Shown here: in pieces, positions 8,211 through 17,300 of the stretch
How positions within the stretch are numbered: position 1 is the stretch's first letter
How the letters are laid out: every line of letters starts with the position of its first letter
DNA from: Deltaproteobacteria bacterium
Lineage (GTDB): Bacteria; Myxococcota_A; UBA9160; UBA4427
Length of the DNA stretch: 43,387 nucleotides
Assembly: GCA_031390075.1 (NCBI GenBank)
Contig: JANMTD010000621.1
Span: 1 to 43,387 of the forward strand
Direction: 5' to 3'
The notes under the pieces: generated by a model
The model's input: the letters and a program-made list of their open reading frames with translations, nothing else
The model's database searches: none
Told to the model about the DNA's origin: nothing
Program-made: the position numbers and the translations under genes

Positions 8211-9212
8211 GTGGCGTTGAACCTGCTTGGGATCGGTCATTTCCATCCCGAGAACGAGATCACGAATCAGTTCCTCGAAGACCTCGACATTGGCACCAAT
8301 GACGAGTGGATCATGGAACGGACCGGGATCCGCTCGCGCCGCACGGCGCTGTCCCTCGATTACATCCGCACGACCCGCAACAGCGATCCCCGCGGCGCGA
8401 TCGAGGCCGCCGAGATCTCGAACGCCGAGATGGGCGCGCGGGCTGCCCGCATGGCGCTCGCCCGCGCCGGGATCGACGTCTCCGACATCGGGCTCCTGAT
8501 CGGCGGTGGCTGCGCGCCCAACACGGTGTCCCCGGCGGAGGCCTGCAACATCGGGGCGGCACTGGGCCTGCAGATGACGGGCTGCCTCGACATCAACTCG
8601 GCCTGTTCCTCCTTCATCGCCGGTGTCTACATGCTCTCGCTGATGGATCCGGCGAAGCTGCCCGACCACGTGCTGCTCGTGACGGCGGAGCCGATGACGG
8701 GGACCGTCGATTACAACGACCGTTCGGCGGCGGTGTTGTGGGGGGATGGCGCGCTGGCGGCCGTGTTCTCGCCGCGGCGGCAGGGCCGGGCGCAGCTGAT
8801 CGGCCAGCGCTTCGTCACCGATCCGGCGGGCCACGACAAGGTCGTCGTTCCGCGCCTGGGCCATTTCCATCAGGAAGGTCGCACGGTCCAGACCTTCGCG
8901 ATCCGCAAGACCTCCGATCTCCTGATCGAGACCCGCGACGTGTACGAGCAAGAGGGCCGCGCGTTCCATTTCATCGGCCACCAGGCGAACCGCCGCATGC
9001 TCGAGTCGGTCTGCAAGCGCTGCGATGTCCCCGAGGATCGCCACCACTCGAACTGCGAGTTCTTCGGCAACACGGCCGGGGCGAGCTCAGGCAGCGTCAT
9101 CTCCCAGCTCTGGGACAAGTGGACGCCCAAAGACGACATTTGCGTCGTCGGCGTCGGCTCGGGCCTCTCCTGGGGCAGCTATCTCATGCGCTTCGGCGAG
9201 ACGGACTCCTGA
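8211..9212 (+). CDS. fabH: 3-oxoacyl-ACP synthase III (FabH-like KAS III)
   Basis: 'DEWIMERTGIRSRR' is present. The Cys-His-Asn triad contexts are 'INSACSSF', 'GHQANRRM' and 'FGNTAGAS', plus 'GSGLSWG'. GTG start. Confidence 0.85.
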   Translation: MALNLLGIGHFHPENEITNQFLEDLDIGTNDEWIMERTGIRSRRTALSLDYIRTTRNSDPRGAIEAAEISNAEMGARAARMALARAGIDVSDIGLLIGGGCAPNTVSPAEACNIGAALGLQMTGCLDINSACSSFIAGVYMLSLMDPAKLPDHVLLVTAEPMTGTVDYNDRSAAVLWGDGALAAVFSPRRQGRAQLIGQRFVTDPAGHDKVVVPRLGHFHQEGRTVQTFAIRKTSDLLIETRDVYEQEGRAFHFIGHQANRRMLESVCKRCDVPEDRHHSNCEFFGNTAGASSGSVISQLWDKWTPKDDICVVGVGSGLSWGSYLMRFGETDS

Positions 9213-9255
9213 TCAGGCATAAGAAGGTTTCAGCCGTAAGAAGGTGAAGCGATCG

Positions 9256-9849
9256 ATGTTGACCCATGCCGAGTTCACGAGCCGCGCTGCGTTCGACCAG
9301 CAGGACCTGCTCGCCTTCGCCTACGGCCGTCTGATCAAGGACGCGCCGGAGGGATTCAAGGCGCGGCTGCCCGTGCCACCCATGTTGATGGTCGACCGGA
9401 TCGACCTCATCAGCGGCGAGAAGAGCCGCGGCAAGATCAGCGCCGCCCGCGACGTGCGCGTCGACGACTGGTTCTTCCATTGTCATTTCATCAGCGACCC
9501 GGTCCAGCCCGGCTGCCTCGGCCTCGACGGCGTCTGGCAGCTGCTCGGCTTCTACTGCAACTGGCGGGGCGGCGTCGGCGCCGGACGCGCGCTCGGGTGT
9601 GGCGAGGTCGAGTTCTTCGGCCAGATCCGGCCCCACGACAAGGTCATGCGCTACGAGGTCGACATCAAGCGCTACACCGAGCTCAAGAGCGCCGGCGCCT
9701 CGATGGTGATCGGCGACGCCCGCGTGCTGATCGACGACCAGGAGATCTACACCGTGAAGGGCGCCCGCGTCGGCCTCTTCCGCGACATCGACTACCCGGA
9801 CTATCCCTACGAATCTCCGAACTCCCGCGGCGGGAGGATGGAGCGATGA
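9256..9849 (+). CDS. fabA: 3-hydroxyacyl-ACP dehydratase / trans-2-decenoyl-ACP isomerase (FabA family)
   Basis: 'WFFHCHFISDPVQPGCLGLDGVWQLLGFY...GRALGCGEVEFFGQIRP' lines up closely with the E. coli FabA active-site block '[31 protein letters not shown]...GRALGVGEVKFTGQV'. ATG 9256 has the SD taagaaggtg; GTG 9244 is the alternative start. Confidence 0.85.
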   Translation: MLTHAEFTSRAAFDQQDLLAFAYGRLIKDAPEGFKARLPVPPMLMVDRIDLISGEKSRGKISAARDVRVDDWFFHCHFISDPVQPGCLGLDGVWQLLGFYCNWRGGVGAGRALGCGEVEFFGQIRPHDKVMRYEVDIKRYTELKSAGASMVIGDARVLIDDQEIYTVKGARVGLFRDIDYPDYPYESPNSRGGRMER

Positions 9850-10595
9850 GCGAGGCGAGCGACAAGCCGGTCGCCCTCGTGACGGGCGGCGGGACCGGGA
9901 TCGGCGCGGCCTGCTGCCGGCGCCTCGCGACCGAGGGATTCCGCGTCGGCATTCATTACCGCTCGAGCGAGGAGAAGGCGAAGAAGCTGGCGGACGAGCT
10001 GTCCTCGACGCCCGGCGGCGCGTTCCTCGTCAAGGCGGACCTGATGGATGCGGCGAGCCTCGACGGGCTCGTGGCAGAGCTGAAGGACGCGGCGGGGCGG
10101 GTCGACGTGCTCGTCAACAACGCGGGCTACAACGTGAACGCGCCGATGCTCGCCATGAACCTCGAGCAGTACGACGCCGTCGCCAGCGTGGCGCGCGGGA
10201 CCTGGTACCTGACGAAGCTCGTGCTGCGCCGCTTCATGCTCAGGCAGGGTACGGGTCGCATCATCAACATCTCGAGCGTCGTCGGCCACACCGGCAACGC
10301 CGGCCAGATCCCGTACACGATGGTGAAGGCGGGCCTCGACGCCTTCACGAAATCCCTCGCCCTGGAGCTCACGGGCCGCGAGATCCTCGTCAACGCCGTC
10401 GCTCCCGGCTTCATCGACACCGAGATGACCGACGAGCTCCCGGCCGAGATCAAGCAGGCCATTCTCGCCAAGATCCCGCTCTCCCGGATGGGGTCTGCCT
10501 CCGAGGTCGCCGACGTCGTGGCGTTCCTCGCGACCCGCGGCAGCTATATCCAGGGCAGTGTCCTCCACGTGAACGGAGGCATGTACGGTGGGTGA
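9846..10595 (+). CDS. fabG: 3-oxoacyl-ACP reductase (FabG)
   Basis: Motifs 'VTGGGTGIG', 'NNAG', 'ISSVVG', 'YTMVKAG' (YxxxK) and 'VNAVAPGFIDTEM'. The start overlaps the fabA stop as ATGA. Confidence 0.9.
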   Translation: MSEASDKPVALVTGGGTGIGAACCRRLATEGFRVGIHYRSSEEKAKKLADELSSTPGGAFLVKADLMDAASLDGLVAELKDAAGRVDVLVNNAGYNVNAPMLAMNLEQYDAVASVARGTWYLTKLVLRRFMLRQGTGRIINISSVVGHTGNAGQIPYTMVKAGLDAFTKSLALELTGREILVNAVAPGFIDTEMTDELPAEIKQAILAKIPLSRMGSASEVADVVAFLATRGSYIQGSVLHVNGGMYGG

Positions 10596-11046
10596 GACGC
10601 TCTCGATGCAGGAGGTGCTCGCGGCGGTGCCGCAACAGGCGCCCTTCCGCTTCATCGACGAGATCGTCGAGCTCGACCGCGAGCACATCGTCGCGCGCTA
10701 CACGTTCCCCCCCGACTCGGATTTCTACCGCGGCCACTTCCCGGGCAATCCGATCACCCCGGGCGTGATCCTGGTCGAGACCGCCGCCCAGGCGGCCGTC
10801 GTGGCCTTCGGCATCTACCTCTATACCCTCGAGACCTCGCGCGCCGAGCTCGAGAAGATCCTGACCATCTTCACGGACTGCGCCGTCGACTTTTGTGGAA
10901 GCGTCCGTCCCGGGGACCGCGTCACGACGACGGGGCGTGTCAAATTCTTCCGGAGAAAGAAGCTCCGGGCGTCCTTCGAGATGAAGCTCGACGACGGAAC
11001 GCTCGTCTGTTCCGGCGAGCTCTCGGGCATGGGAGTACCGCGATGA
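10588..11046 (+). CDS. fabZ: 3-hydroxyacyl-ACP dehydratase (FabZ family hot-dog)
   Basis: 'PFRFIDEIVEL...FYRGHFPGNPITPGVILVETAAQ' is the FabZ His/Glu motif. GTG 10588 has GGAGG 8 nt upstream and overlaps the fabG end; ATG 10606 is the alternative start. Confidence 0.85.
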   Translation: MGETLSMQEVLAAVPQQAPFRFIDEIVELDREHIVARYTFPPDSDFYRGHFPGNPITPGVILVETAAQAAVVAFGIYLYTLETSRAELEKILTIFTDCAVDFCGSVRPGDRVTTTGRVKFFRRKKLRASFEMKLDDGTLVCSGELSGMGVPR

Positions 11047-12353
11047 GCGGATCGAACGCACAAAATGCACAGAGCGCACGCAGACGGGTCGTCATCACGG
11101 GCCTCGGCGTCATCGCGCCGAATGGAAACGGCGTCGCCGAATTCGAGTTGGCGCTGCGCAAGGGTCGCTCGGGTCTCAAGACCCAGCAGTCGATGATCGA
11201 CGCGCAGTTCGGCTGTACCGTCGCCGGCACACCGACCGGTGTCGACGAGCTCTGCAAGGCGACCTTCAGCGAGGAGGAGCTCCTCGCGATGAACATGAAT
11301 CACCGTTATGCGAGCCTCGCCGCCCTCGAGGCCTGGCAGGACGCCGGCCTCGAGCGCCCGTCCCGCGACTCGGACATCGTCCATTGGGACACGGGCGCGA
11401 TCCTCGGCACCGGCATCGGCGGCATGGACACGATCGCCGAGAAGGTCGTTCCGTTCACCAACGCCGGGAAGGTCCGCCGCATGGGCTCGACCTCGGTCGA
11501 GCAGGTGATGGCCAGCGGGATCTCGGCCCGCATCTCGGGGCAGCTCGCCCTCGGCAATCAGGTGACGACGAACTCGAGCGCCTGCAGCACGGGGAGCGAA
11601 GCCCTGGTGATGGGCATGGAGCGGATCCGCGCCGGGCTCGCGACGCGCATGCTCTGCGGCGGCGCCGAGGCGGCGAGCCATTTCATCTGGGCGGGATTCG
11701 ACGCGATGCGCGTGCTCAATCGCGGCTCGAATGACGAGCCGGAGAAGGCGTCGCGACCGCTCTCGGCTTCAGCGGGTGGGTTCATCCCGGGGGCGGGTGC
11801 GGGCGTCGTGCTGCTCGAGAGCCTCGAGAGCGCGCTGGCTCGGGGTGCGCGGATTCATGCGGAGCTCGTCGGGGGCATGGTCAATTGCGGGGGCCACCGC
11901 ATGGGCGGCAGCATGACGTCGCCGAACCCCACGAGTGTCCAGCGCTGCATCACGGGCGCCCTGGCCGATGCGGGCGTGCAGCCCGAGCAGGTCGACGCCA
12001 TCAACGGCCACCTGACGGCGACCGGCGCCGACCCGAAGGAAGTCGACTCGTGGGCGAAGGCGCTCCACCGCAAGCCGGGCACGCTTCCGCCCATCACGGC
12101 CACGAAGAGCATGATCGGCCACGCCCTGGGTGCGGCGGGCGGGATCGAAGCGGTCGCCTCGGTGCTGATGGTCTCGCGCGGCTTCGTCCACCCCTCGATC
12201 AATTGCGAAGACGTGCATCCGGAGATCCAGATGCACGCGGCGTCGATCCCCCACGAGCTGCGCGAGCTCCCGGACCTCGACGTGCTGGTCAAGGCCGGCT
12301 TCGGCTTCGGGGACGTCAATGCCTGTCTGGTTTTCCGGCGCTATCGGGCGTAG
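11043..12353 (+). CDS. Beta-ketoacyl-ACP synthase I/II (FabB/FabF-like elongating KS)
   Basis: 'RRVVITGLGVIAPNG' is present. The Cys-His-His triad contexts are 'NSSACSTGSEAL', 'INGHLTATGAD' and 'KSMIGHALGAAG'. ATGA overlap with fabZ. Confidence 0.9.
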   Translation: MSGSNAQNAQSARRRVVITGLGVIAPNGNGVAEFELALRKGRSGLKTQQSMIDAQFGCTVAGTPTGVDELCKATFSEEELLAMNMNHRYASLAALEAWQDAGLERPSRDSDIVHWDTGAILGTGIGGMDTIAEKVVPFTNAGKVRRMGSTSVEQVMASGISARISGQLALGNQVTTNSSACSTGSEALVMGMERIRAGLATRMLCGGAEAASHFIWAGFDAMRVLNRGSNDEPEKASRPLSASAGGFIPGAGAGVVLLESLESALARGARIHAELVGGMVNCGGHRMGGSMTSPNPTSVQRCITGALADAGVQPEQVDAINGHLTATGADPKEVDSWAKALHRKPGTLPPITATKSMIGHALGAAGGIEAVASVLMVSRGFVHPSINCEDVHPEIQMHAASIPHELRELPDLDVLVKAGFGFGDVNACLVFRRYRA

Positions 12354-12432
12354 CCTCGGGGGGAACACGCTGACTTCTCCTGACTTCGGAGAGGTTGGCC
12401 GGGGACCGAATCACAGGAGAGGAGCAGAGCGG

Positions 12433-12678
12433 ATGGACCGAGCGGAAGTGATGGATCGCGTCGTGAAGATTCTTACGCCCTGGGTGAAGGACGAAGCGGC
12501 GTTGGCGAAGGTTTCGATGGAGACGAACATCCTCGAGGATCTCAAGGTCAACTCGGCGCGGCTCGTGGACGTCGTGATCGCCTTCGAGGACGACTTCGAC
12601 ATCGAGATCGCGGACGAGGACGTCGACCAGGTCAATACCGTGGGTGACGCGGTGAATCTGATCTCGGGCAAGCTCTAG
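12433..12678 (+). CDS. Acyl carrier protein (dedicated, atypical NSA attachment motif)
   Basis: The 81-aa acidic protein is MDRAEVMDRVVKILTPWV...LEDLKVNSARLVDVVIAFEDDFDIEI. The Ser sits at the position of the DSL phosphopantetheine site. An aggaga SD lies upstream of ATG 12433. Confidence 0.8.
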   Translation: MDRAEVMDRVVKILTPWVKDEAALAKVSMETNILEDLKVNSARLVDVVIAFEDDFDIEIADEDVDQVNTVGDAVNLISGKL

Positions 12679-12753
12679 GCCGGCGAGATCGAACCGAGCG
12701 TCGAACATCCCACTCATTCAACTTACTTCGACGGAGTTCGACGGAGCACTCCA

Positions 12754-13566
12754 GTGGAGCAGGACGTCGTGAGCGGTGGGGAGCTGCAGCCGGACCGAGA
12801 GACCGTGATCCGAAATGCGCTGCGCGCGGATCCCGGGATGGTGCGCCGGCACGCGCGTCAGCGACTCGTCAGCCTGGTGGCGGGCCCGATCTGGGTCGGG
12901 GTCTCCGTGCTCGTGATGCGCTTCTATTTCCGGTACCGGATCTCCGACGTGAAGCGCATCCGGGCGAGCTATCGCCGGATCCGCGCCGAGTCGAAGGCGC
13001 CGCTGCTCCTCTGCGCGAACCATCTTACGATGGTCGACTCGTTCCTGATCGCCTGGGCACTGGGCTCGGGCTCCTACTGGCTCTTCCATCCGGACGAGCT
13101 GCCCTGGAACACGCCCGAGCAGAAGAATTGGGGGCGCACGCGCCTTCAGCGCATTCTCCTCTTCGTCGCGAAATGCATTCCGATCACCCGCGGCGGCGCG
13201 CGGGAGGAAGTGGGCGATGTGCTCGAGCGGGTGAAGTACCTGGTGGCCCGGGGCGAGACCGTCTGTCTCTTTCCCGAGGCGGGCCGCAGCCGCTCGGGCC
13301 GCGTCGAGGAGAACGCCGCTGCCTGGGGTGTCGGCCGGGTCGTCGGGGCGGTGCCCGGTTGTCGCGTGCTCTGCATCTATCTGCGGGGCCGGGCGCAGCT
13401 GACCTGGGGAAATTGGCCCGCGAAGGGCGACACGCTCGACGTGTCGATCGCCGCCATCGAGCCCAAGAGCGATTCGCGCGGCGTGCGGCGCTCGCGGGAC
13501 CTCGCGCAGCAGATCGTGCGCCAGCTGATGCGGATGGAAGAGGAATATTTCGATGCTCGGAAATGA
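12754..13566 (+). CDS. PlsC/LPLAT-family lysophospholipid (1-acylglycerol-3-phosphate-type) acyltransferase
   Basis: HX4D motif 'CANHLTMVDS' and motif III 'FPEAGRSRSG'. An N-terminal hydrophobic segment (LVAGPIWVGVSVLVM) is present. The start is uncertain (GTG 12754 or ATG 12838). Confidence 0.75.
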   Translation: MEQDVVSGGELQPDRETVIRNALRADPGMVRRHARQRLVSLVAGPIWVGVSVLVMRFYFRYRISDVKRIRASYRRIRAESKAPLLLCANHLTMVDSFLIAWALGSGSYWLFHPDELPWNTPEQKNWGRTRLQRILLFVAKCIPITRGGAREEVGDVLERVKYLVARGETVCLFPEAGRSRSGRVEENAAAWGVGRVVGAVPGCRVLCIYLRGRAQLTWGNWPAKGDTLDVSIAAIEPKSDSRGVRRSRDLAQQIVRQLMRMEEEYFDARK

Positions 13567-14368
13567 CGTCGTCGATCTCGAGGACGTCGATGCCCGGCCC
13601 GAGACTTTTCACCAACGCTTCGAGCGGCGGGTTTTCGCCGACGCGGAGCGCCGGGCGATCGCCGAGGCCGAAGATCCGCAGGCCTGCCGCTGGGCCCACT
13701 GGGGCGCGAAGGAAGCCGCCTACAAGCTGGCGCGGCAGCGCGACCCGGGCTTCGTCTTTTCCCCGATCAAGCTCGTCGCCCATTTCGAGCCGCGCGCCTC
13801 GCGGCAGAAGCGGGGCGCCGCAGACGGACAGCTCGAACGCCGGGGTCGGCTCACACTCGCCGCAGGCCCGCAGGAGGCCGCGATGACGGTCGAGCTCCGG
13901 AGCTTCGAGACCGGGCAATTCGTGCACGTCGTGGCACTGCCGGCGGGCTCCGATTGGGGGGCCGTCGCGATGGCGGTCGACGGGCTCGGGCTCGGCGAGG
14001 GCGCGCAGGACCCGGGGCTCGCGGTGCGGCGGCTCGCGCTGCGCGCGATCGCCCGCGAGCTCGGTGTCGATTCCGCGCGCCTCTCGATCGGCCGGCGGGG
14101 TCGCATTCCGACGGTCGAGCTCGACGGACAGACGACGAAGCTCTCGCTCTCGCTCTCGCACCACGGGCGTTTCGTCGCCTTCGCCTTCAGACTGGGCTTC
14201 GTCCTCTCGCCGCGCGGACGCGGGGTGGGCGGTGTGCGGGGCGAGGCGGCCGGGCTCGGCGCTGGCCCGGAACATGAAGAGCGGGATCACGAAGAGGAAG
14301 TCACGCAATCGGCCGGGACGGTGGGGTACCCGGTCGCTTGGGCGGACACAGAATGGATGGCGGGATGA
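13553..14368 (+). CDS. 4'-phosphopantetheinyl transferase (AcpS-like core with a long C-terminal extension)
   Basis: 'GNDVVDLEDV' is the AcpS-type Mg-binding start. 'HWGAKEAAYK' matches the PPTase W/FxxKEA motif, and 'LSLSHHGRFVAFAF' is present. It overlaps the upstream gene by 14 nt and the downstream start as ATGA. Confidence 0.7.
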   Translation: MLGNDVVDLEDVDARPETFHQRFERRVFADAERRAIAEAEDPQACRWAHWGAKEAAYKLARQRDPGFVFSPIKLVAHFEPRASRQKRGAADGQLERRGRLTLAAGPQEAAMTVELRSFETGQFVHVVALPAGSDWGAVAMAVDGLGLGEGAQDPGLAVRRLALRAIARELGVDSARLSIGRRGRIPTVELDGQTTKLSLSLSHHGRFVAFAFRLGFVLSPRGRGVGGVRGEAAGLGAGPEHEERDHEEEVTQSAGTVGYPVAWADTEWMAG

Positions 14369-17300
14369 CGAACGTGAGCGAGACGAAGAAACCGGCGGAG
14401 ACTCGGCGCATCGAGCGGCTCGCGATCGTGAATCGCGGAGAGGCAGCCGTGCGCTGTCTGCGGACCGCCAAGAGCCTGCGCGAGCGGGAGGGCGGTGGTC
14501 TCGAGGTGATCGCCCTGTTCACGGCGCCCGACCGCAACACACCCTTCGTTCGCCAGGCCGACCGCGCCTTCCTCATGCCCTCGCCGCGGGGCGCCGTCGC
14601 AAGCTACCTCGACCACGACGGCGTGATCGCCGCCCTGAAGGAAGCACGCGCCGACGCGGTCTGGCCCGGCTGGGGCTTCGTGGCGGAAGATCCGGTCTTC
14701 GTCGATCGCCTGGATGCCGAGGGCATTCTCTTCCTCGGGCCGAGCGCCGACGCGATGCGCGCCCTCGGCGACAAGATCCAGTCGAAGCTCTTCGCCGAGA
14801 AGGCCGGTGTTCCCGTCTCGCCCTGGAGCGGAGGCGCGCTCGCCGACGAGAAGGAAGCGCTCGAGCACGCGCAGCAGATCGGTTTCCCCGTCGTCCTCAA
14901 GGCGACGGCGGGCGGCGGCGGCCGCGGCATCCGGATCGTCGAGCAGCCCGAAGGCCTGGCCGAGGCGTTCCGCTCCGCCACCGCCGAGGCGACCGCGGCC
15001 TTCGGCAACGGCACCCTCTTCGTCGAAGCCATGATCCAGGGAGGCCGACACATCGAAGTGCAGGTCGCCGCCGACAAACACGGCCACGCCCGCGCCTTCG
15101 GTTGCCGCGACTGCTCGGTCCAGCGCCGCCACCAGAAGGTCGTCGAGGAGGCGCCGCCGCCGGGCCTCTCCGATGCCGTGCTCGAGCGCCTCGAAAACGC
15201 GGCGACGAACCTCGTCCGCCACGTCGGCTACTGCGGCGTCGGCACGGTCGAGTTCCTCCTGAGGGGCGAGGACTTCTACTTCCTTGAGGTGAACCCGCGC
15301 CTGCAGGTCGAGCACGGCCTGACCGAGCTGATCGCCGGCATCGACCTCGTCGAGATCCAGATCCGCATCGCCCGCGGCGAGTCGATCGAGGGCATCGAGC
15401 GCAAGCGCCGGGGCGTCGCCCTCGAGGCGCGGGTCTGTGCCGAGGATCCGGACGAGGGCTTCCTGCCTTCGCCGGGCCGCATCGCGCTCTTCGAGCCCGC
15501 GCTCGGTCCCCATACCCGCGTCGATTCCGGGGTCACGACCGGGACCGTCATCTCGTCGGATTTCGATTCACTGATCGCGAAGGTCATCACGGTCGGCGAA
15601 GACCGGCAGGAATCGATCGCACGGCTCGCCTGCGCACTGCGCGACTTCGAGCTCGTCGTCGAGGGCGGGGCCACCAACAAGGGCTATCTGCTCGACATCC
15701 TCGCGGCCCCCGATTTCCAGGCCGGCGGCGTCGATACACGCTGGCTCGACCGCTTCAGCGCCGAGCGGACGAGTCTCGCCGAATCCCTGCCCGAGCTCGC
15801 GCGCGACGCGCTCGTCGGTGCCGCGATCCTCTCCTACCAGCGGACGCGGGCGACGCTCCGCACGGGCGTGTTCGGGGGCCAGGGAATCGGCGTTCGCCTG
15901 CCCGCCTCCGAGGGTCAGCAGATCGATCTCTCGTTCGGCGGCGAGAGCTACCGGCTCAAGGTCTACGCGATCGGCTCCTGGCGCTACCGCGTCCACCTCG
16001 ACGGCGTCGCCGTCGGCGCCATGATGCGCGAAGAGGGCACGCATGCCGCGCGCCTCGTGATCGACGATCGCGTCCGCCGCATCCACTACGACATCAACGA
16101 CCGCGGTCTGCGCCTCGAGGTCGACGGCCACCCACTGCGTTTCAGCTCCCAGACGGCGGGCCAGGTGCGTGCCGGCTCCCCGGCCGTCGTCGTGACGCTG
16201 CATGTCGAGCTCGGCGCGACGGTGTCGGCGGGTCAGTCGCTGGGCCTGCTCGAAGCGATGAAGATGGAGATCGGCTTCCAGGCGCCGGTCGCCGGCACGG
16301 TGAAGGAGATCCTGGTCCACAAGGGTCAGCAGGTCGCGGCGGGCGACGTGATCCTCGTGATCGAGGAGGCGGCGGACGATGTGGGGACTCCCCGCGACCG
16401 CGTTCGGATCGGCCTGCCGGTCCAGGCCGATCCGCTGGCCTCGCTCTTCCGCGAGAAGGCGGAGCGCCCGCTCGGTATTCCCGATCTCCTCGCAGCCGAC
16501 AACGCGAATCTCGCCGAGCGGCGCGTCGCGATCGACGCGGCCCGCGAGGAGATCCGGCGCGTGCTGCTCGGCTACGACGTGAATCCCGACCGCTCGGACT
16601 CGCTGGCCGCATTCCTCGAGGCGTCGATTCCGGAGACGATCTCCGACGGCTTCCGGCGGGAGCTCTCCGAGATCCGCCACGAGCTGACGACCTTCGCCGA
16701 CGTCGAGGTGCTCACGATCCGGGCGCCGTCCGCTTCGATCTCGGGACAATCGGGGCCGTCGAACAGCGCGCGACTGCGCATGTACGTTCGGCGCGTCGAG
16801 GCCGAAGGCTCGGGCATCGACGACGACTACCTCGGTCTCGTCAAGGCGGCGCTGGCCCATTACGGCGTGCCCGACCTTCAGCCTTCCGACGCGCTGCGGC
16901 GCGCGCTGCTGCGACTGCTGACCTGTGAGGCCGGTCGTTCGGCGCGCCTCGTCCTCGTGCTCGGCATCCTGCGCCGCATCACGGCGCTGGCGCAGCTCGA
17001 CATCTTCATGGGCGACGACGAGCGCCTCGAGCGCGCGCTCCACCGTATCGCGCGCATGCGGCCGCAGGTGACGGACGCCGTCGCCGATGCGGCCCTCGAG
17101 GCGTCCTACGTCATCTTCCAGCAGCCCGGCATCGAAGAGCGAGCGCGTCGATCGTCCGGCTCGGTCGAGCGCTGGCTCGCCCAGGCGGAAGTCGATCTCG
17201 TGGCACCGCCGACCGGCGTGCTGCTCGAAGTCGCCTCGTCGCCGCGGCTCGTCTTCGAGCGCGTCGGGCGTTGGATCGGCGGCGAGGATTCGAATCGCCG

